Positions 18,102-26,842 of a DNA stretch of 64,000 bases are shown here, one piece after another. Each line of letters opens with the position of its first letter. Within the stretch, counting starts at the first letter, position 1. The notes below the pieces were generated by a model. It was not told the origin of the DNA and searched no databases. It worked only from the letters and a program-made list of their open reading frames with translations. The stretch is from a virus. A program made the translations under genes and the position numbers. Location: positions 14,409 through 78,408 of the IMG/VR virus record IMGVR_UViG_3300017527_001400. One strand, 5' to 3'.

Positions 18102-18210
18102 CGCCGACATGTTATATTAACCCTTTGGTGATAAGCGCCTATGTATACAATAAACTCGGTAGCAAAAAGCGCAGATACCCGGCTCGTCTAGCAACCCATG
18201 GGAAACGAGT
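18100..18210 (+). repeat. TIGR-like dual-repeat array 1 (9-nt spacers)
   Basis: AGCGCCG acatgttat ATTAACCCT ttggtgata AGCGCCT atgtataca ATAAACTCG gtagcaaaa AGCGCAGATACCC ggctcgtct AGCAACCCA tgggaaacg AG. Confidence 0.7.
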
Positions 18211-18432
18211 ATGAATTTAAGAAGAGAAAGATGCGGATTATGTATTCATTTTCGCCATCATGAAGACTTTAAACAGTTCAGGTTGGCTTATCAGTGTCAA
18301 TACTATTATCTTTCATTTCAGCAAAGAAAATATGTGAATTGGAATACAAATAGATGCGAACGTTTTGAACGAAGCTTTAAGAGAATGATTAAATACATTG
18401 CAAGGAATAGTAAATGTCGCCAATTACGCTAG
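18211..18432 (+). CDS. small RCGxC Cys-rich protein (paralog family)
   Basis: RCGLCIHF...C...CERFER. Confidence 0.55.
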   Translation: MNLRRERCGLCIHFRHHEDFKQFRLAYQCQYYYLSFQQRKYVNWNTNRCERFERSFKRMIKYIARNSKCRQLR

Positions 18433-18782
18433 ACGTCGATGAAACAGGCGAAGTAGTACGAACAGATAGACCCAAGCAAGAAGTCGCTGAAAAAGAGCAA
18501 TCAGATGCAATTCCGAAGTGTTTTAACACATTTCCGTGCGACCAGTTGACAAAAACGGATGATAAGTGCTACTGTAACGTCTCAAACGGGGCAATATACT
18601 CTCTGGATGAATGTCCAAGAGGATATTGGTATATACCAGAGAGACGAAAACCAAAGATTCAAAATCGAACTTCCTGGTATGAGGAAAATCATAGGTTACG
18701 CCAGGAGGAAATCAATGGGAAAAATCCTATGGACCGACACGGAGACGACGGGACTGGACTCAAAGAAAAACTCAGCGATTGA
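18414..18782 (+). CDS. hypothetical Cys-rich protein
   Basis: AAGGA RBS; overlaps 5' end of exonuclease. Confidence 0.5.
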   Translation: MSPITLDVDETGEVVRTDRPKQEVAEKEQSDAIPKCFNTFPCDQLTKTDDKCYCNVSNGAIYSLDECPRGYWYIPERRKPKIQNRTSWYEENHRLRQEEINGKNPMDRHGDDGTGLKEKLSD

Positions 18783-19314
18783 AATAGCTGCCATTGTTGA
18801 AATCGATGAAGAAGTAAAAGATCAATTTTCAATCCAAATCAAACCACTTGAAAATAAAGAAATCAGCGATAGGGCTCTTGAAATAAATGGCCGCACCCGG
18901 GAGGAGATCGCCGAATTCACTCCAGTTGATCTTGCGATATTAAGCTTTAAGAAAAGGCTGGAAAAACATGTCAACAAATTCGACTCGTCAGACAAATTTA
19001 TTGTTGCAGGATATAATATTGGTTTCGACATAAACTTTATTCGAGCTCTTTTCCATGACGTCGGTGATAAGTATTATGGCAGTTACTTCTTTAATTGTCC
19101 TCTTGACGTCTACTCCGACGTTGCAAAGCTCGTGTCAAAAACAGATCTCAGACTCCCTAATTATAAGCTTAGCACAGTCTGTAACCATATTGGAATCGAG
19201 ATTGATGCGCACGATCCAGTAAGCGACATAACTGCCACCCGGGAGCTTTATTATCGATTGCAAACAATGACTCCGAAATATGTTCGAAGAAAAAATCCAG
19301 TGACGGCCCAGTAG
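18715..19314 (+). CDS. DnaQ/DEDDh 3'-5' exonuclease
   Basis: AGGAGG RBS; DTETTG, GYNIGFD, AHDPVSDI motifs. Confidence 0.9.
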   Translation: MGKILWTDTETTGLDSKKNSAIEIAAIVEIDEEVKDQFSIQIKPLENKEISDRALEINGRTREEIAEFTPVDLAILSFKKRLEKHVNKFDSSDKFIVAGYNIGFDINFIRALFHDVGDKYYGSYFFNCPLDVYSDVAKLVSKTDLRLPNYKLSTVCNHIGIEIDAHDPVSDITATRELYYRLQTMTPKYVRRKNPVTAQ

Positions 19315-19423
19315 CTCCCAGAAAACCAACGCGCCAGAGGCCCTTAAAAGGGAAGGTACCCATTAGAGAAAAAGGCCCGCGCTAACCAAGTTACCCAAAG
19401 AACGCTTGGCCATAAAGGAGTAG
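19304..19423 (+). repeat. TIGR-like dual-repeat array 2
   Basis: CGGCCCA gtagctccc AGAAAACCA acgcgccag AGGCCCT taaaaggga AGGTACCCA ttagagaaa AAGGCCCG cgctaacca AGTTACCCA aagaacgct TGGCCA. Confidence 0.75.
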
Positions 19424-19426
19424 ACA

Positions 19427-19642
19427 ATGGAAGGATGGAAATGTCCAGTATGCGGAAGGGGTCTTGCACCATTTGTTAATGAATGCCCATGCTATAAAGT
19501 AGATACTGTACAAGATGGGATCTCATGTATAGATTATTATTGGGAAACTTGTCCATTATGTTGGGTTTCTCATAGAAGAGGTGAGCCATGTAATTGCGGA
19601 TCGGTTTATAGTAGTGGTTCAGCCCCCATGCCGGCCCATTGA
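19427..19642 (+). CDS. small zinc-finger protein
   Basis: AAGGAG RBS; GWKCPVCGRG..P...ECPC. Confidence 0.65.
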   Translation: MEGWKCPVCGRGLAPFVNECPCYKVDTVQDGISCIDYYWETCPLCWVSHRRGEPCNCGSVYSSGSAPMPAH

Positions 19643-19856
19643 AAGAGAGCAATCCAAAGGATAGAAGGCCCTCGGAAACCAAGCAATCCATAAGACCCTA
19701 GGCCAGGAAGTTATATTAACACGGTACGCTGAAGCCTCAAGGGTCAAGTAATCCATAGGATAGTAGCTAAAATAGGCCCTCGGGAACCGAGCAATCCATA
19801 AGACCCTAGGCCACTATTTCGAAGCCATTGTTTAAGAGTAACCCTAAAGGAGGGAG
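19632..19856 (+). repeat. TIGR-like dual-repeat array 3 (largest)
   Basis: CGGCCCA ttgaaagag AGCAATCCA aaggataga AGGCCCT cggaaacca AGCAATCCA taagaccct AGGCCA ggaagttat ATTAACACG gtacgctga AGCCT caagggtca AGTAATCCA taggatagt ...; 34-nt period. Confidence 0.8.
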
Positions 19857-19859
19857 CTT

Positions 19860-20183
19860 ATCCCAAGAAGAACCGAAAAGGCAGTTGTTAAGACCATCAA
19901 AGATGCTCTGAATAGTCTCGATCATTGCATGATTAGAAAGCGAAGATTGTATATTAGAGGCGATCCCGACTTAACAGGTTGTTATCTTGGGACACGGCTC
20001 GAGCTTGAAGTAAAAACAATCGGCGGTAGCCCGACATCACTACAACTCAAGCGAATTGACGACTGGCAAAAGCTCGGATGTGTCTCAGCAGTTGTCTGGT
20101 CATTAAGTGACGTTATTAAAGCGATGGATTCGATTCTTTTAAGTAAAGACAAGAAATTGCTTGCAAATATGATCGAAGACTGA
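19860..20183 (+). CDS. VRR-NUC family nuclease/resolvase
   Basis: GDPDL..ELEVK....PT.LQ motif; frame extends upstream to PRRTEKAVVKTI behind an AGGAGG RBS, with ATC at the start position. Confidence 0.75.
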   Translation: MPRRTEKAVVKTIKDALNSLDHCMIRKRRLYIRGDPDLTGCYLGTRLELEVKTIGGSPTSLQLKRIDDWQKLGCVSAVVWSLSDVIKAMDSILLSKDKKLLANMIED

Positions 20184-20240
20184 TATCTTCAAATCTCTAA
20201 CACGGAAAATTTAACATTTCCGCCTCTGATTCATTTCCTC

Positions 20241-20275
20241 GAAGCCCGTTTGCGTGGCAGCCGCAAGCGGGTTTC
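20241..20275 (+). terminator. hairpin/terminator
   Basis: GAAGCCCGTTTGCG-TGGCAGC-CGCAAGCGGGTTTC. Confidence 0.5.
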
Positions 20276-20284
20276 CCTCGTTAT

Positions 20285-20324
20285 GGGCCCTATTCAGGCT
20301 AGCAACCCTTATATATACAGGCCA
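20285..20324 (+). repeat. single TIGR-like unit
   Basis: GGGCCCT attcaggct AGCAACCCT tatatatac AGGCCA. Confidence 0.6.
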
Positions 20325-20326
20325 TT

Positions 20327-20602
20327 ATGAAAAAACCAAATATAAAAGTAAAAAGATGCGGATTCTGTAAACATTACAGGAAACTTCGCATTTCTATAAA
20401 TGGAGTCACAAGCGGATACGGCCCAATCATAACATTCTGCAACTTCTATGGAGACGAGCCAGCCCTCGACATAAACCATAACAAGTCGGCATGTGAAAAC
20501 TTCAAACGAGATTTTAAGAAAACTGCTATATATATAATCAACACAAGGAGAAGCCGTTATGACAACCAAAAGAAACGAAGAAAACATCGAAAGGTTAGCT
20601 GA
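20327..20602 (+). CDS. small RCGxC Cys-rich protein
   Basis: RCGFCKHY...C...ACENFKR. Confidence 0.6.
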   Translation: MKKPNIKVKRCGFCKHYRKLRISINGVTSGYGPIITFCNFYGDEPALDINHNKSACENFKRDFKKTAIYIINTRRSRYDNQKKRRKHRKVS

Positions 20603-20715
20603 TGAGGTGTTAGATAGCTGGGATATGGAGGCAACGCTTCATTATGCAAGAGAGCGCTTGATCTCCAATTATAAAGCTAACGAATCTTCATTCCAAGAGG
20701 ATTGGAAAGCGATGA

Positions 20716-21162
20716 TTGGTTGATATGGATAAATATAAAAAAAGATGCGGCCTGTGTTCTCATTCTATAAAAAAATATTACATAGAAGACGATCGAACCT
20801 ATACTATAAGAGAATCTAATACATGCGACCTCTCTTTAACTCGAACCCGATATGTTGGCGATACAAAAGCTTCATGTAATAATTTTGCAATAGACATAAG
20901 GAAGCTCGCAAAATACCTGCATCGCATCGAAACGGATTCAAGATATAAGCTTATGAATAAGCGAGTCATAGGTCCAGACCCAATGCGAAGGCGATGTGGA
21001 CTATGTTGTTCTTTTGTCAAACAATATAGCGGCTTCCATTATTATATAAAAGGGAAATGCAGAAGAAACATTAGAGGTCTTGTCGACCACAACGAAGACG
21101 CATGTCGAAAATTCAGAAGAAGTAAAAAAAGAGTTGATGCATATATGAAAAAATGCCGTTAG
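20716..21162 (+). CDS. RCGxC Cys-rich protein with two tandem domains
   Basis: RCGLCSHS..SCNNF and RCGLCCSF..ACRKFRR. Confidence 0.65.
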   Translation: MVDMDKYKKRCGLCSHSIKKYYIEDDRTYTIRESNTCDLSLTRTRYVGDTKASCNNFAIDIRKLAKYLHRIETDSRYKLMNKRVIGPDPMRRRCGLCCSFVKQYSGFHYYIKGKCRRNIRGLVDHNEDACRKFRRSKKRVDAYMKKCR

Positions 21163-21285
21163 AAGTAAGTAACCCATGGCTAAAGAGCATTATAAATACC
21201 ATCCGGAATTAGCAATCCATCACAAACAAGTATAACAAAAAGTCATAGTAACCATAACAAGCGGTAATACCACCCCAAAGAGTGC
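21153..21285 (+). repeat. TIGR-like array 5 (degenerate)
   Basis: ATGCCG ttagaagta AGTAACCCA tggctaaag AG..ACCA tccggaatt AGCAATCCA tcacaaaca AG. Confidence 0.6.
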
Positions 21286-21476
21286 GGTGACGACGAATCG
21301 CGGATTTTAAGCCCGAAGATCGTTGTTTTGGCGTAAAAATGCCCGAAAATCCGGTGTTTTTGCGCCTTTTTTTGCTAATTTTGGATGAAAACGATGGACG
21401 AGGCCAGGGGAACGCAGGGTGAAGGGGTCTTTCTCGTGCAAACTCGGCGTAGTCAGACATAAAGTGGCTCGTAAAT

Positions 21477-21503
21477 TAAGGGGGGCGCCAGGGTAGGGGG
21501 GTT
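21477..21503. repeat. 27-bp G-rich direct repeat, copy 1
   Basis: TAAGGGGGGCGCCAGGGTAGGGGGGTT identical to 25722-25748. Confidence 0.85.
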
Positions 21504-21757
21504 AAATCTCGTTAAGCGAGAAAAGAGCCTTTGGAAATCGAACAAATACACATTGTAGACACAACTGAAACCTACTGACCCAACAAAACCAAGAAACACA
21601 GCACAAAGAAAGCCTCTCAAAGCCTATTGCTCTAATATTATTATGAATTCTTTTTTCGTTTCAGAGAATCTCAGGTAAAAAGGAGGGATAGACATAAAAA
21701 CCTACTCTGAAACTCAAAAAGAGCAACCCAAAACAATCAAATTCAAAGGAGTTAACA

Positions 21758-22147
21758 ATGGAAATCACAAGCGCACAGAAAGCCGGTCAGCAGTACTCAT
21801 TCTACCCCAACGGCCCCGAACGCTCGAGAAGCTTCGTCGTGATCCCCCGTGAAATGATCGACATGACAGACATGGGTCACGTAAAAGCGAAGTGGAGCCG
21901 CGTGGTAGCCTTCGGTGATCTCGCGGAAGCCATCAACAAACTCATGGATGACGGAGTAACGTTGTTCAAAATTGGAAAGGGTCGCATCCGCAAGAACGAT
22001 CTGGAGCTGGACGATGGAGAAATCCTGAAATCCAAAGAGATCGTTGCCAAAACCCTGGACATGAAGGGATTCACCAAACTGATGAACTCCAAGGCTATCA
22101 AAGGCTCTGGAATTTACTCAGGCGACGAAGTCCCTGACGCTGGCTAA
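21758..22147 (+). CDS. hypothetical protein
   Basis: AAGGAG RBS; followed by hairpin TTGGTAGGGGC..GCCCCTGCCAA. Confidence 0.75.
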   Translation: MEITSAQKAGQQYSFYPNGPERSRSFVVIPREMIDMTDMGHVKAKWSRVVAFGDLAEAINKLMDDGVTLFKIGKGRIRKNDLELDDGEILKSKEIVAKTLDMKGFTKLMNSKAIKGSGIYSGDEVPDAG

Positions 22148-22242
22148 AATCTGATCCTTAACAATAACCTTGGTAGGGGCGATCGAAGCCCCTGCCAACA
22201 ACCCGATTGCAACAAACAAGAAACCCAAACGGAGGAATCACC

Positions 22243-22590
22243 ATGAACTATGCAACGAAACGCATTCTGTCTATCATCACCTTGTCAGTCTCTCTGGTAA
22301 TGCTCATATCCTTTGGCATCGCCTTTGGAGCTGAGGAAGTTGTCACTGGAGAAATCACGGACGTTGTCCAAGCCGTCGACAAAAACGGTGAGAGCTACAC
22401 TCGCCTCATCGTCACCGTTGAAAGAACCCTCGAAGGCTCTGACTACCAAGTTGGATTACCCTTTATGGCATTCGGAAGCCAAGCGGAACCTGCTGCAGCA
22501 CTGCAAGCCGGCGACGTTCTGAAAGCAATCTGTCAAACACGATTGTATCAGGGCAGGGAATCCTTCACCATCGTCAAGATCCTTGAATAA
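22243..22590 (+). CDS. signal-peptide-bearing SSB-like OB-fold protein
   Basis: GGAGG RBS; signal peptide ending AFGA; VTGEI..V..DKNGESYTRL...FMAFGSQAE.A..LQAGD. Confidence 0.6.
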   Translation: MNYATKRILSIITLSVSLVMLISFGIAFGAEEVVTGEITDVVQAVDKNGESYTRLIVTVERTLEGSDYQVGLPFMAFGSQAEPAAALQAGDVLKAICQTRLYQGRESFTIVKILE

Positions 22591-22597
22591 CCTCACC

Positions 22598-22882
22598 ATG
22601 GCGGTGGTAGTGACGTTCACGTTGCTATCACTGCCCGCCGATCTTAGGCACTATGTATCGGAATACTGGTATGACCCGAAAATTGAACTGGTAACTATCA
22701 GGCTCACCGAAGATTTCGAAGGTGGCTCGGATTTCGATGGATACACAGCAGCCAGACTCTTTCATTCAATCTGTAAGCAAGGCTATCTCTTGAAAGTTTT
22801 GCCATACAAGATAGGTGGCTGGGTGCCTAGCGAGGTTAACCCGATGAGGCGGGAATGGACGCAGAAACTGATCGAACAATAA
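22598..22882 (+). CDS. hypothetical protein
   Basis: ORF downstream of OB-fold gene. Confidence 0.45.
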   Translation: MAVVVTFTLLSLPADLRHYVSEYWYDPKIELVTIRLTEDFEGGSDFDGYTAARLFHSICKQGYLLKVLPYKIGGWVPSEVNPMRREWTQKLIEQ

Positions 22883-23150
22883 CATCTTGCTGAGCACCTA
22901 CCGACTGGGCGCTGCCCGGGGCTCGGAAATATAGGGACCATCGGCTTAATGGTGAAAGGCTCCCACTCAGCAATGAACGATGCACTGTGCTCCCCATACA
23001 AGGGACTGCAACCCTCTCTCCGGGAGCATAGTCATTATTTTCACGTTATTTTATTCTAAATTTATTTTTATTTTACGAAGGGGGCACCATGTACGACTTG
23101 TTCACAATAATAGGTATAGGCACGGTTGCCTTCCTACTGGCTAAAGCAGT

Positions 23151-23402
23151 TTGCAAATTAATGACATGGAACTCGAAACGAGTTGGGAAACTCTCAAAAT
23201 CCTGGAGGTCAAAATGAAACACTGCGGAACTTGTAAGTTTTGGGAAAATGAAGGCACCCCTGACGAAGGCGTATGCACCGAAACAAAGACAGGCATACCA
23301 ACATTCAAAATCCCAGTCGGAGGGATGTCTACCCAGGCCTTTATATACACGCATGCCATCTTTGGATGCGTGAACCATAAACTCTCGGAAGAAGGGGAAT
23401 AA
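23151..23402 (+). CDS. hypothetical CxxC protein
   Basis: HCGTCKFW...FGC. Confidence 0.5.
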   Translation: MQINDMELETSWETLKILEVKMKHCGTCKFWENEGTPDEGVCTETKTGIPTFKIPVGGMSTQAFIYTHAIFGCVNHKLSEEGE

Positions 23403-23404
23403 CC

Positions 23405-23671
23405 ATGAATTTCGTAACGATTCCAATGGAAATGATCGATCAAAGCAAAATCGAACGAGCAGGAATGGCTGATCTAATGATATTCGACGAGCCGCTGGAG
23501 CTTGATGAACTCACTTTTCAGCGAGGCATTGCCTTTGGACGCGTTGCGAGCTCTGTTAAATACCTGGTAAGCGAAGGCAAAATGATAACCCCTAAAATCA
23601 TCTCGGTGAAATTAAGGGAATTCAATGATCATCCGCCGGTATGGGATATGATTATCGAGAAGTTACACTAA
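23405..23671 (+). CDS. hypothetical protein
   Basis: GGGGA RBS. Confidence 0.55.
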   Translation: MNFVTIPMEMIDQSKIERAGMADLMIFDEPLELDELTFQRGIAFGRVASSVKYLVSEGKMITPKIISVKLREFNDHPPVWDMIIEKLH

Positions 23672-23918
23672 CATTCACCCAGGAGGTGTATCATGACACT
23701 GACCTGGCAACAGGCTAAAGGGAAAACGGCAAGATACATGTAGAGAGCATTTGCCGTTTACCCGGAAAGCTAAGGAGATGTTATGGATAACTATCAATAC
23801 ACGCATTTCATGAAGTATTCGCGGATTAAAGGGGAAATCAGGGCAAGGGGTTTGGATCGGCAAACAGCCGAAGGACCTCGCGGAAAGATTAACCATTTAA
23901 CTAAGAGGGGCACGGATC

Positions 23919-24218
23919 ATGGGAAAACTCAAATTCTATCGATCAAAAAACAATCCCACAGTCATTCTTGACAGGGAATGGGCAGAGGAAGCCGAGGAAA
24001 TCGATCAGCTGCTGAAAGAGCACTGTGGAGAGAACGCTCGCTGGTCTCAGATATTTGCCTACGGAGACGTTGCGAATTACATCTATTACCTCTTCAAAAA
24101 TGGACACACTAAATTCGCATTCGACAAGCTCAGATTCCGACACAACAGGGGCAACACATACACCATCGAGTTGCAAAACAACGTTGTTTTCGTGGAGGAA
24201 GGAAATTCGCCTACATAG
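23919..24218 (+). CDS. hypothetical protein
   Basis: GAGGGG RBS. Confidence 0.55.
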   Translation: MGKLKFYRSKNNPTVILDREWAEEAEEIDQLLKEHCGENARWSQIFAYGDVANYIYYLFKNGHTKFAFDKLRFRHNRGNTYTIELQNNVVFVEEGNSPT

Positions 24219-24482
24219 CGATTCACAGGTAGGAAAACCACTGCGACATATAACGGCACACAGGGGTCTTCCTCCCAGCGTACGCAAAGAGTTCTTTTCA
24301 GTTTCCATTATATAGTCCGCGATTTTCATTTTGAAAGAAAATTCGGGCACCTCAAAATCTGCGCCAACGGTAAAGATGTTGGCACAGATTTATGCATTTA
24401 CGAAGTTTTCTTGCAAAATGAAAATCGCAGCTATCTTATTCTTTGTAAAAGAACACAAACAATAACAAAGGGAGAGAAAACA

Positions 24483-25562
24483 ATGCAAAAACAATTAAAA
24501 CTTGACGCAGTGGTTGATTTCGAAGAATTCTTGATTACAGAGAAAGTAGCACAGGTTGCCCTGGAAACAGCAAGAAACCTCGCAGACAGACCCGACGACA
24601 AACCCACAGTAACTTACATTAAAAACGGACCTCGAAGAATCATCCATTGGGTCAAAAACATGGAGAAACAATGGGTCCGCAGAGAAAGCATCACACACGA
24701 CAGCTACTGGGCACCAACCGAACTTGTGGAATTCCACGATCTACGCCAAGCCAACAGAGAAGCCCTCCCGGAAGACCGAAGCGTTTCACAGGGGACAGAG
24801 CACCCAAAAACCCCGAAATTCCCATCAGACAAATCCATCTCAGTCGAATGCAAGGTAGGCGATCACAAACGCTTACTTGCTTTCGAAATCAAAAACAAAG
24901 AAGCTCAACCTTTCTGGAAGACGCTCACATGGCTCATGGAACAAACCAACCTATCAAGAAACCGCTGCATCCGGCTGCGAGACGCATTCACCGCTCTAAG
25001 CTTCGATCGAAAATGTATTCTCGGAATCATCGATGACATAGACAAACAATACGTATCCTACCTGGAAGCACTTGTGGAAGACCTGCCAATCCCACCTCCA
25101 ATACATTATGACCCAGAATTATACTCCGACCATGGCATCATTGACACAGATTCTCTCATAGCAACCATTTCCGAAGAGACACTGGGCGCCTCACTCCCAC
25201 AGGAATCAATCAGGAAACTCAGAACATTGATCGAACCAGAATTCGAAACTGAGGAAGAAAAGGAAGAAACGCCGGCACAGGTCTTCGGATTACGAAAGCT
25301 TTACTACGAAGAAGATGGATGTTCTCACGAATTCCTGTCATTTCTGAGATTCGCCACAGTAAGCGAAATCAAAGGCGTTATGAGATCACTCTTTCCACAG
25401 AAAAACTCAAAAGGCTATCTAATCAGAGCAAGATTCTGGTATCTCACAGCATCTCAAAGATCACAAGCTTGGACATACATCAATTGCCGAAGAGAGGAAC
25501 TGGGAATGATAAGCGAAGAATCTCAAGATCTCGATTTCACAGCCGACAAAGGAGGAAAATAG
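24483..25562 (+). CDS. hypothetical protein
   Basis: GGGAG RBS; 359 aa. Confidence 0.7.
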   Translation: MQKQLKLDAVVDFEEFLITEKVAQVALETARNLADRPDDKPTVTYIKNGPRRIIHWVKNMEKQWVRRESITHDSYWAPTELVEFHDLRQANREALPEDRSVSQGTEHPKTPKFPSDKSISVECKVGDHKRLLAFEIKNKEAQPFWKTLTWLMEQTNLSRNRCIRLRDAFTALSFDRKCILGIIDDIDKQYVSYLEALVEDLPIPPPIHYDPELYSDHGIIDTDSLIATISEETLGASLPQESIRKLRTLIEPEFETEEEKEETPAQVFGLRKLYYEEDGCSHEFLSFLRFATVSEIKGVMRSLFPQKNSKGYLIRARFWYLTASQRSQAWTYINCRREELGMISEESQDLDFTADKGGK

Positions 25563-25721
25563 AATGTATTACGCATGGATCGAAGATTTATTCGAAGTCT
25601 CAGGAATGAAATTCCATTTATTCCCAATACTGGAATACGCAGCCATCGCAGGGACCAGGATCTCATACAACGACTACTTCCTCGATTACACAGGAATTAA
25701 CTGGAGGGCTTACCTATAGCA

Positions 25722-25748
25722 TAAGGGGGGCGCCAGGGTAGGGGGGTT
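25722..25748. repeat. 27-bp G-rich direct repeat, copy 2
   Basis: Identical to 21477-21503. Confidence 0.85.
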
Positions 25749-25807
25749 TGCTCGACCGAGCGGTCGAAGGGACTTCCCTGCAGACAATCCGGCTTCTTCA
25801 GTACAAA

Positions 25808-25932
25808 CAGGCTTTTCCCACCATCGAACGACCCAGTAACCAACCCAACCTTTCGATCACGCAGGCACTACCCACCATCGGACTTCCCAGTCACCAACCC
25901 GGCTGTTCGATTACGCAGGCATCACTCACCCA
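25808..25932. repeat. 54-nt imperfect tandem repeat (~2.3 copies)
   Basis: CAGGC at 25808, 25862, 25916; shared CCCACCATCG..CCCAGT.ACCAACCC..TTCGAT.ACG. Confidence 0.75.
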
Positions 25933-26040
25933 AAGATCAAGACCAACCTCGCATGATTAGAGCGACCGGCTAAAAGACCGCCGTCGCTCTCAAAGCTCGG
26001 TACTTGCAGGATAACACAACTCAATTGAGCAGGTGATTCT

Positions 26041-26449
26041 CTCTACCGTTTCGATTTTCGATTTTTTCTGCAAGCTTTTTTTTCTCTCCTTGTTGAAGAC
26101 AGGTTTTTGGTGACTACATTAGATTCCGGGAAGAACCGTGCCAGCCGGCGACAAGGCGAGCCCAGCGATGCACCGGTATATGAGGGTGTAAAATCTAAGG
26201 ATGTAAACAGAACATCCTTAGATTTTACACCCTCATATACCTGTCCCTTTGCGGGGGATAAGACATCGCCTTCGCATGCAACTTGCAAACAGAGCAAGTT
26301 GCACGCCAAGCCGATATCCCCCGCAAAGGCACTGCCCTGCTGGATCGCCGCCTGGCACGGTTCTTCCCTAGTGGGTTGATGTTAGTCACCATAAACCTTC
26401 AACAAGGAGAGAAAAAATGCAGAAAAAATCGAAAATCGAAACGGTAGAG
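26041..26449. repeat. ~400-bp branched imperfect palindrome with inner perfect 30-bp hairpin
   Basis: CTCTACCGTTTCGATTTTCG...CGAAAATCGAAACGGTAGAG; perfect stem 26175-26204/26212-26241. Confidence 0.85.
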
Positions 26450-26842
26450 GGAATCGTGGATTGGGCGGGAGAGCATAACTGGAAATCCGGCAAAGGCTGG
26501 CACTACAGAGTGAAGCTTGTGTCGAAGCGTGTCGATCAGGTGATCCAAATAGACTGCTACAAAATGGCTCGACAGTCTGCAGCTGGCATGGTGCGTTCTA
26601 AGGCTGGATGGGATCACCGTCCGGAGTTGGCGATTCAGCAGGGCGATCGGGTGAGAGTACGAACGCCTCATTACAAAAGGGAGATGGACACCAACAAGAA
26701 CAGCCAGAAATATACTCGCCACATCTACTCGGTCAACTATACCCGAGAAATTGAGGTGTTGGAGAGGTTGGAAGCCTGCTTACCTCCATCCGCCTACGCA
26801 AACCCCAGTAATCAATCGGGTTCAGCACCGAAGCCTGCCTAA
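26417..26842 (+). CDS. possible OB-fold protein inside the palindrome
   Basis: AAGGAG RBS; VEGIVD...YRVKL...IQIDCY...IQQGDRVRV. Confidence 0.55.
   Translation: MQKKSKIETVEGIVDWAGEHNWKSGKGWHYRVKLVSKRVDQVIQIDCYKMARQSAAGMVRSKAGWDHRPELAIQQGDRVRVRTPHYKREMDTNKNSQKYTRHIYSVNYTREIEVLERLEACLPPSAYANPSNQSGSAPKPA

Noticed and set aside
21679-21692. Self-target of TIGR-like spacers (aaaggaggg / aaggataga near-matches)
   Set aside because: Partner spacers do not match adjacent sequence; 9-mer RBS-like matches are expected by chance
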